A stretch of 63,524 bases of DNA, counting the filler, from Stramenopiles sp. TOSAG23-3 (taxonomy: Eukaryota), in the NCBI GenBank assembly GCA_900128585.1. It is 6 parts of 6 records of this genome, joined end to end, with 100 filler letters (N's around TTAATTAATTAA, not from the genome) between each part and the next. Parts side by side here need not be neighbours in the genome. Positions count along the whole stretch, not along the records: positions 54,857 to 56,949 come from LT645085.1; positions 57,050 to 59,142 come from LT645086.1; positions 59,243 to 61,333 come from LT645087.1; positions 61,434 to 63,524 come from LT645088.1; 2 more parts are not named here. One strand, given 5' to 3'. Below the pieces are notes generated by a model. That model was not told where the DNA came from. It ran no database searches and saw nothing but the letters and a program-made list of their open reading frames with translations. Position 1 is the stretch's first letter, and every line of letters begins with the position of its first letter. Of the stretch, positions 56,322 to 63,524 are shown one piece after another. The position numbers and the translations under genes are program-made.

Positions 56322-56949
56322 TTAGGAATAGCCCAAGTATCCCCAGACACTGGATCGATTGGTGTCTTTTTTCTTTTTGGATGGCATGACGGAGTCTTCG
56401 GATAAGTCTGGGAAATCCAAACATTTCCAGGCGGTGTCAAAAAAGATAGGTTTGCAGGCAATGGCTTTCAATTGCGGGGGAAAATGGGCGATCGTGTGCC
56501 CGTCTGCCTCGTTCCCTTGGTCGAACTCCCCGACCCGTTCCAACAACGTTTTCTTCCCTTTTCTCCCGGCGGCCGCCGCGTCGTCGTCCGCGGTGCCGCC
56601 CCCTGTACAGTCCTCGGCCCCCTTGGCGAACAGTGCGGCCTTTGCGCGGACGACGGCCTGGCGCAGTTCGATCTGCGACTTCAAGGCCTGGAGCTTTTCT
56701 AATTCCTTCGTGACGCTCTGCTGGGTGTTGATGTCCGAGAACTTGGACGCCCGCTCCCGGTGAAGGTCCATCGCCTGCGAGGCCGTCTTGGCGGCCTTTT
56801 CCATCAGGGCGGCGGCCTCGACGAAGCGTCCCCGCTGGACGTAGACCTCCCCGGCGTAGAACGAGCAGCAGGCCTGGCACCCCAGGCCCAGCGCGTCGAC
56901 CCCGCTCTTGACCGAATCGTCCCGCTCGACCCCCGGGACCGTGCTCATG
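56322..56949 (-). CDS. SRP68: Signal recognition particle subunit SRP68, C-terminal part
   Basis: IAHFPPQLKAIACKPIFFDTAWKCLDFPDL matches the SRP68 C-terminal FPPxxxPxPCKPLFFDLA motif; ends in WGYLG; 5' truncated. Confidence 0.88.
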
Positions 56950-57049
56950 NNNNNNNNNNNNNNNNNNNNNNNNNNNNNNNNNNNNNNNNNNNNTTAATTA
57001 ATTAANNNNNNNNNNNNNNNNNNNNNNNNNNNNNNNNNNNNNNNNNNNN
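56950..57049. other. Artificial contig linker
   Basis: Same N-TTAATTAATTAA-N spacer. Confidence 0.98.
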
Positions 57050-57213
57050 TCCGGGCTTGCCTTGTTCGCCCCATCGACAAAGACTTTACGCACGCCTTCG
57101 TTCGTCCACATTGGGACTTGGTTTTCAGAAGCAGAAGCTAACTTGCATAACCTAACAAGCGTGGCCATACTCGCATCAGCCAGGACTTGACTGATACTTG
57201 CTTGCGCGGACAT
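57050..57213 (-). CDS. 5' end of an unknown gene (truncated by contig edge)
   Basis: ATG at 57213, open to the contig edge (MSAQASISQVLADASMATLVRLCK...); divergent from the kelch gene. Confidence 0.45.
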
Positions 57214-57831
57214 TGCTATTCCCTAATCGTTAATAGCTGGCAAGAAAATACTGAGAACAATGCGGACCATTAACAATTCAAAAGAAAATTTTAAAAAGCG
57301 ATAAAAATAATCACCACTACATATATTTTGTAACGAAATACTCCTTCTTCTAACAAACAAATCAAACAACCAACACACTAGAAATGTAGTCATCGAGAAA
57401 TAGCTGTGGGTGTGCGTGTTCGTCTGCGCGCTGCTACCAATTCCATCATGATTAAATAAAGTAGACTAATTATTAAAACAAGTACAATTCCTGATACCGT
57501 AGCTTGTGGTGATGTTATAGAGACTATTAATACCTGGTGCTGTAGCTATCGTAATGATTAATTAAAGCGGTAGCAGTCGTATTTTATTGTAAAAAATAAC
57601 GAGACTTAAACTTCTTCGAAGCACCATATGTCTCCTGCCCCAACTGAAATCGTGTAACACCTCGCCAAAAACGCAAAAGCAGCCTCCGCCCCTTGCCTTT
57701 TCTTTTCTCCTGAGACTCGGCTTCCGCAGGTCACAGAACAAAGAAACTCGCTTTTTGAGAGTGCGGCCGTCGGCCGTTTGTCGCTCTGTGCCCGCGAACT
57801 CCTTCATCTCCTCTGCGCCTCCCGTCGCCCC

Positions 57832-59142
57832 ATGTTCGCTCTGCTGCTGTCGACCGTCGTCGCCGGCGCGCTCCTCTGCCGCCCGGTGGCGGCCGGGGCG
57901 GCGTCGTGGTCGACCGTCTCGGCCTCTGGCACGGCCGCCGGTCGTTCCAGGCTCTCGCTGGTCGCGGACGGCGCCGCGATGTACGCCTTTGCCGGTTACG
58001 ACTCGGCGACCTACAACGACGTCCATAAGTTCGACCTCACGAGCTCCACGTGGTCGACGCTGTCCACGACGAACGCCGCCCCTTCAGCCCGGGAGAACCA
58101 CGCTGGCACCGTGCACAACGGGAGCATGTACGTCTTCGGAGGAACAACAGGCACCGCGAACACCTGCCAGGGGCACGCGAACGATCTGTTCTCATTGGAT
58201 CTGACGACTCGCGCGTGGACGGATCTGACTCCCTCTGGTACCCTGCCACCTGCCCGCGACTATCACACTATTGTGATGTGGGGCTCAAAACTCATCCTTT
58301 ACGGCGGCACTTCACCACATTCCTGCAGCACTGTGCAGCACCAAGCCGCTTGTGGCATCACGCGGTACTATTGCGACGATGTATGGAGCCTGGATCTGTC
58401 CTCCAACACAGCCGCGTGGACAGCGCTGTCAACGACGGGCACAACGGTTCCCGCAAAGTGGGGACACTCTGCGAACGTGCTGGGCGACTCGATGTTCGTG
58501 TTCGGAGGAGCTGACCAGAATACGGGGTCTTCCACACACTCAAACACACTGTATCGGCTCGACCTTGCCACAGAGGCATGGTCCCTCGTCAACGTCTCAG
58601 GCAGCACAGTCCCCATTAGGACAACATTCGCATCAGTCCTGCGCGGCTCCTCGATATTTGTTTACGGCGGCTACGCCACGGAAGGCGGGACTGGGGCCTT
58701 CAAAGACGACGTCTTCGAGCTGGAGTCGCTGGCCGACGGATCAGACCTTGCCGCATTTCGCAGCCGCACGCCAGATGGTAGCACGGCGAGTAGTATGAGT
58801 GGAGGCAAGGCGATCCTCGACGGGGGCGATATAATGGTGTTCGGAGGATACGGTCCATTAGATAGCGGGGGATATGGGTTTGATGATACCATCTACCGCC
58901 TCACGCTCGCTGTCTGTGACGGGACCTCACTCGCTGTTGCTAACGCTGTACGCCACGGTAGCACAGCAGCATCGTCAGAGCCCGAGGGCTCCGAGGCGGT
59001 CTTTGCCTGTACGTACGGTGCTGCTGGATCGTTTGGCAGCCTAACCTATACATGTGGTGTTAACGGGGCTTTTACGACCTCTGACCCTGCCTGTCCGACT
59101 GCGGCTCCGACCTGTGACGGTAGCGCGGACTCGTATGCCAAC
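57832..59142 (+). CDS. Secreted or surface kelch-repeat beta-propeller protein (3' truncated)
   Basis: Signal peptide MFALLLSTVVAGALL; six kelch blades (MYAFAG, MYVFGG, LILYGG, MFVFGG, IFVYGG, IMVFGG), then a sushi-like Cys module. Confidence 0.88.
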
Positions 59143-59242
59143 NNNNNNNNNNNNNNNNNNNNNNNNNNNNNNNNNNNNNNNNNNNNTTAATTAATTAANN
59201 NNNNNNNNNNNNNNNNNNNNNNNNNNNNNNNNNNNNNNNNNN
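59143..59242. other. Artificial contig linker
   Basis: Same N-TTAATTAATTAA-N spacer. Confidence 0.98.
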
Positions 59243-59246
59243 CGAT

Positions 59247-60056
59247 ATGTTCACTCGTCCGGAGAAAATTGAGGAGTTGAAAACTGATCTTCAAAAGCTA
59301 AAAGAAAATGTACAGCAAGAAGCTACTAATGCAATACCTCAGCGACAAGCAAAGGAGGTCACCACCAAGCTACGAACAGAAGCCAAGTCAATGAAAGAAA
59401 AGCTAAAGAAGCTCAAGGAGAAAGAACAGGAGATGGAAGAGCAGCAGAGAAAACTGGACCAATTAATGTCAGCCGGAGATCCGGCCTCTATAATGAAATT
59501 TTTCGAATCTCAGGGAATGAACATTAATGATATTCAAAAAATGATTGGAGGATCAGACATGGACACGAAGGATGTAATCAGGAAAACTGCCACACAAAAA
59601 GCAAAAGCGTTCTCCAAGGAAGAGGAGGAAGAGATTGACAATACCCTAAAAGTAACCAGTCAATTGGAGCAGACCTTTTTAGGCAATGCGGGGACTGTAG
59701 AAGAAGATTTGCGAGCGCAGGAACTTGCAAAAAAGCAGAAAGAAAGGCAGGAACAAAGAGCGCAGCAGAAGCCGGAGAAACAGACGATCATCCCAGAGTA
59801 TAGCCAGCTGATTCCGTCGAAGGGGAAAAATAAAGGGCATATAGTGGTCAAAATAAAATTGGGGTTGTTGCACTCAGCAGGCGACTGTCAGCTCGATATC
59901 TCTGACACCCAATTTCGTTTGTTTGCCCCAACTCCAGACGGGAAAGCAAACTATCTTTTGAACTTTTCCCTACGGTGCCCAGTTAATCCCTCGGCAACTG
60001 TTGCCAAGTGGATCAAGAAAGACAGTACACTGAAAGTCGTCCTCGACCATGCGTAA
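59247..60056 (+). CDS. Coiled-coil protein with a C-terminal PIH1-type CS domain (probably 5' truncated)
   Basis: PEYSQ...IVVKIKLGLLHSAGDCQLDIS...YLLNFSLRCPVNPSATVAKWIKKDSTLKVVL resembles the CS domain of PIH1D1/DNAAF2. Confidence 0.72.
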   Translation: MFTRPEKIEELKTDLQKLKENVQQEATNAIPQRQAKEVTTKLRTEAKSMKEKLKKLKEKEQEMEEQQRKLDQLMSAGDPASIMKFFESQGMNINDIQKMIGGSDMDTKDVIRKTATQKAKAFSKEEEEEIDNTLKVTSQLEQTFLGNAGTVEEDLRAQELAKKQKERQEQRAQQKPEKQTIIPEYSQLIPSKGKNKGHIVVKIKLGLLHSAGDCQLDISDTQFRLFAPTPDGKANYLLNFSLRCPVNPSATVAKWIKKDSTLKVVLDHA

Positions 60057-60167
60057 TTTAGTTAATTAAATATAAAACGTATCTTCGATAAACTGAATTA
60101 AAAAGGTTTTTAGTTTTCTTTTTTTAAAACAAAATAATCTCAAATTGTGCAAACGATCTCCACGTGT

Positions 60168-61333
60168 TTACGAATCTGCAAAGGAAACCAGGTTCTTCTT
60201 TTTTTTGCCTTTTCTGCTTTTTTCCCACATGGCCCTTCGAGCGGCTCGGTTGTGCTCTTTTCTTCGCTTCTTGTCCTCTTTTTTCTTGGCGTATTTCACT
60301 TCCTGTGGTGTGGGAGGCTGAATTTTAGCCGGCAAATCATACAGGACGCGGACTATATCCAAGCCACTAATGTTTGCCCGGATGCTTAAATTATCGCTGA
60401 TGAAACACACTGAGGTCAGTTCGTCAATATTTTTTTTCATCAACTCGTGCAACCGCACGATAATTCGAGACGCATCCAGACAATCTTGGCGCTCAGCTTC
60501 GGCTTCCATTTCTTCCATAGACTTTTGTTTTGGTGTTTCGCCATGAAGATTGTAATGGTCTTCGGGAGGCGGTGCATTCATCTCGTCTTCCCAGCCCTCC
60601 GCCTGTGCGCGTTCAATAAACTTCTGCATGTCTTCGACGTCAGTTTGAAAGGTTCTCCTAATCATCATAATTTGCTGGGCAAATGCCCCAGGATGCCCCA
60701 ACAGCCAGCACAACATGTTACAGAGATTTGCACTATTCATAGGACTACCATCATCGTGGACAGTCGCCCGGATGTTGAAGAATTTCTTAAGCGTTGCCAT
60801 TAACCCGCTACCTCTCATCTTCAGTTTGTTTTGGCGCACGTAGCGGAATAGTGAAGCGAACCATTTGGCAATTGGGCTATTGCCACGCCCCGGGAACAAG
60901 GGCACCCCGACTGGCTCCATCAAACGCCTTCCAAATGATTCCGAACATTCAACATTAGCGTATATTTTGGCCTTAAAAAAATGTGATAACGAACCAATGT
61001 GTAAGTTGGCCATGTCACGTGCCAAATCGCCTTCTCCTAGTGCGTACGCCTCCTTCAGCCCCTTAGCTGTCAGGCCGATCCCGACCCCGGCCTTGCAGGC
61101 GTCGAATTTATCTTCTGCAATTGCGTCGGTATACTCCTTCGGCGTTGGGAACAGAGGCACCCTGACAGCTTTGTTCAGCACATTAATTTCTCCGTACGAC
61201 AGCCCACCGTCTTTGTTGGCATCAAATTTCTTAAATATGGCGTTCACGCAGCGTTTGGCTAGGTTGGTCAAGCCGCGGACAAACGACCCACTTCCATCCG
61301 CTGATGGGACCCACTTCACCGTGTTTGTGTGGT
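60168..61333 (-). CDS. EF-hand-containing protein (5' truncated)
   Basis: IFKKFDANKDGGLSYGEINVL canonical EF-hand; frame open to the contig edge; basic C-terminal tail. Confidence 0.72.
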
Positions 61334-61433
61334 NNNNNNNNNNNNNNNNNNNNNNNNNNNNNNNNNNNNNNNNNNNNTTAATTAATTAANNNNNNNNNNN
61401 NNNNNNNNNNNNNNNNNNNNNNNNNNNNNNNNN
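61334..61433. other. Artificial contig linker
   Basis: Same N-TTAATTAATTAA-N spacer. Confidence 0.98.
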
Positions 61434-61434
61434 A

Positions 61435-62592
61435 CAAGGAAAAGACGAAAAATTCCCTATCCGTGGTGCGTGCGGCACTCCAGGAAATAACGACCAAATC
61501 TTTGTCAGCCCAGACCCAGGCCATGGGTTTCTCTGGACAAAAATGATAAGAAACGAAATTAAGCCCATGGATTTTGGCCCAGATCAAAACATTTCTGTTA
61601 AAAACTGTACCACAAACACATGCGAAGAAAATAAATTGTGTTACGACAGTTCTTGTCTGGTTGCTACTTCACAGTGCCAAGGTTTCGTTGAAACTGAAAT
61701 TGGTTGCACATCAGCTGTCAGCGGAAAAGCAAGCAAAACTTGTGACGCAAACATCGACCTTACGAAAACGCACGGGTACTGCGAATGTGGAGGAAACGAA
61801 ATAGTATCGACTTGTGAATTGCGAGACATACTGCCCAATGATAAGACAAGTGTAAGTTGCGCAGAAGTCTGTAAGTGCCAGACTAACCGTACCACCTGTG
61901 CAGGGCAAAACGAACGATGCTCTTGTGACGTAGATTACAAATTCATACCCGGCAAACCGGACTGGATCATTAACAATCCCCAATTTGAAAATTCCAAATG
62001 TGTCTACGGTTTCGGGCCAATAAACGCTGACAAAGAGGCTTGGAAAGGCAAAACGGCAACCGCCTGCGGAAGGAAATACGTGCATTCTTATGGCCGCGAA
62101 ACAACGTGGATCGTCATCCTTTTCACTTTTGCAATCTTCATTCGTGTAATGCTCCAAGTGTGCCAAATATATTGGGGCTGCAGTGAAGACGACCTGCGAC
62201 TGAAAATCTTATTTACTACCGAAACGTTTATGAGAATTTTCAGCCTCTGCAAGTACGGGTTGAAAGCAGTGAACGACGCAATCGATAATGAGCACGAGCA
62301 AGGTTGGCCATGGCTAATTGCGCTCATAGACTCGATATTCACCTCTATTGCCACACTTGGCATTTCGTATGGTGCAGACCCTTTCCCAGAAACAAGTAAA
62401 GGACGTTTTACTTTGCTCTTCCTTTGGATCAGTGCAATTCGCGAAATTGGAAAATGCCTGATCAAGATAAAGACATCGGTTCAAAAGAAACAGTGGTATG
62501 TCACTAAGAAAAGTAAGCACGTGGAATGTTGCGGGAAAACCATTCGCTGGTGTTTGGTAAGCTACGAAGAAGAAGAACCGGCGAAAGCTTAA
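61435..62592 (+). CDS. Cys-rich ectodomain membrane protein, unknown function (5' truncated)
   Basis: Frame open from 61435; many Cys in the N-terminal half; about three hydrophobic segments (WIVILFTFAIFIRVML, WLIALIDSIFTSIATLGI, FTLLFLWISAI). Confidence 0.7.
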   Translation, partial: QGKDEKFPIRGACGTPGNNDQIFVSPDPGHGFLWTKMIRNEIKPMDFGPDQNISVKNCTTNTCEENKLCYDSSCLVATSQCQGFVETEIGCTSAVSGKASKTCDANIDLTKTHGYCECGGNEIVSTCELRDILPNDKTSVSCAEVCKCQTNRTTCAGQNERCSCDVDYKFIPGKPDWIINNPQFENSKCVYGFGPINADKEAWKGKTATACGRKYVHSYGRETTWIVILFTFAIFIRVMLQVCQIYWGCSEDDLRLKILFTTETFMRIFSLCKYGLKAVNDAIDNEHEQGWPWLIALIDSIFTSIATLGISYGADPFPETSKGRFTLLFLWISAIREIGKCLIKIKTSVQKKQWYVTKKSKHVECCGKTIRWCLVSYEEEEPAKA

Positions 62593-62822
62593 ATAAAAAT
62601 GTAATAATTGAATTTCGTAAAGAGTGTAATGAAATTTAAAAAAAAAAGACCGGGAGGAGATATTTGTTCTTGAACTCTGACATCCCTTTTTTTCTTTTTT
62701 ATATTATCGAGTCTTAAAACATACTATATATTTGGTTTTTTTTTTTTTTTATAATAATAATTCTCAAACGATCACGTAACATTTACATAGGATTTTTTTT
62801 GCGTTTTTTTGGCATCATAATA

Positions 62823-62916
62823 TAACCCTAACCCTAACTTATAATATCGAGATGGATGAGATGGGGAGGAGAGTCTAACTTATAATATCGAGATGGATGA
62901 GATGGGGAGGAGAGTC
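62823..62916. repeat. Two telomere-type TAACCC units fused to a perfect 41-bp tandem duplication
   Basis: TAACCCTAACCCTAAC at 62823-62838; CTAACTTATAATATCGAGATGGATGAGATGGGGAGGAGAGT at 62834 and 62875. Confidence 0.85.
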
Positions 62917-63365
62917 AGTTCAAAAAAAGTGTTCAATATTATATTTAGATCTGCTGACGAGAATAATAATACCAGTAATACTATTGATATTATTCATAAA
63001 ATAATAAAATAAAAGGAAGGGAAGGGAAGACAGGAGGAAGGGGAAGGGAAGACCATCATATCATATAATGCAATTAAAAAACATTGAAGTGCCTTTCTTC
63101 ATGAATAATAATAAGGACACATCATTGTTAAACATAATAGATTCTTCTGTTCTGAGTTACCCCGGTAGTAGTAGATGCTCTACCATATTAATATACGGTG
63201 GAGTTTGTGTGTGCGTTCGGACCTTCAAAGTATAATAAGTTGCACAATGGAAAAGTACAAGTCTGTGTATTCGTTGCAAAACTATGAGCAAACCAACAAA
63301 TTGAAAAAGGAAATTTAAAGATCATAAAGTAACAACAAGAAAAGAATTTTTACAGCACATACAAC

Positions 63366-63524
63366 ATGAAAATCCAAAGCATTGCAATGTACGCGTTGGC
63401 AGCCATTGCCACGATTACTGGCCAGTCAGAGGCTCGGCTTGGCGAGGGCCGTCGGCTTGGCGTTGTGAACGCATGGAATGCTGGTTGGGCCAGGCACTAT
63501 GCTGCTGGAGGGCCCACGCCCGGC
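63366..63524 (+). CDS. 5' end of a predicted secreted protein (absent from the ORF track)
   Basis: MKIQSIAMYALAAIATITGQSEARLGEGRRLGVVNAWNAGWARHYAAGGPTPG, open to the window end; signal-peptide-like start. Confidence 0.65.
   Translation, partial: MKIQSIAMYALAAIATITGQSEARLGEGRRLGVVNAWNAGWARHYAAGGPTPG

Noticed and set aside
56283-56322. (TTTTAGA)n short repeat after SRP68
   Set aside because: Three to four units in a T-rich 3' UTR; ordinary slippage repeat.
27417-61433. Five identical TTAATTAATTAA palindromes within N runs
   Set aside because: Artificial six-frame-stop linkers. The last four contigs are 2093, 2093, 2091 and 2091 nt, which points to length-ordered concatenation; ORFs containing X and synteny across linkers are artefacts.
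62834-62916. 41-bp direct repeat as a possible CRISPR array
   Set aside because: Two abutting copies, no spacer, no cas genes, eukaryotic context.

Overview
Eukaryotic, gene-dense, almost intron-free nuclear DNA, most likely a heterotrophic stramenopile-type protist (inferred from the H2B start MAKTP and H2A start [10 protein letters not shown]; not verified). The window is six unrelated contigs joined by artificial 100-nt linkers (N-run, TTAATTAATTAA, N-run) at 27417, 54757, 56950, 59143 and 61334, so adjacency across linkers means nothing. Contig 1 (1-27416) has 17 compact genes: H2A/H2B with a histone 3' stem-loop, a SAM methyltransferase, lipid A kinase LpxK, a bacterial-like SGNH hydrolase, an MDR reductase, an LRR protein, a two-pore K+ channel, Cox17, RPS9, RPL27, ZNF207/BuGZ, Rab escort protein, two secreted proteins, a CAMK kinase and an ABP34-like protein. 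Most form head-to-head pairs around AT-rich or (TTC)n cores. Contig 2 (27517-54756) is dominated by the most striking feature: a 5'-truncated gene of at least 7,795 aa (one 21.9-kb exon, a 97-nt intron, a 1.5-kb exon). It encodes a giant multi-pass membrane protein with phage-structural-like beta repeats, IPT/TIG domains, two CRMP-like Cys-repeat arrays and EF-hand-like loops, and lies next to a decayed IPT-repeat gene. Four 2.1-kb contigs carry gene fragments (SRP68, EF-hand, kelch, PIH1/CS, membrane and secreted proteins). No rRNA, tRNA, CRISPR array or transposase was recognised. All family calls come from motif recognition by eye; no searches were run.
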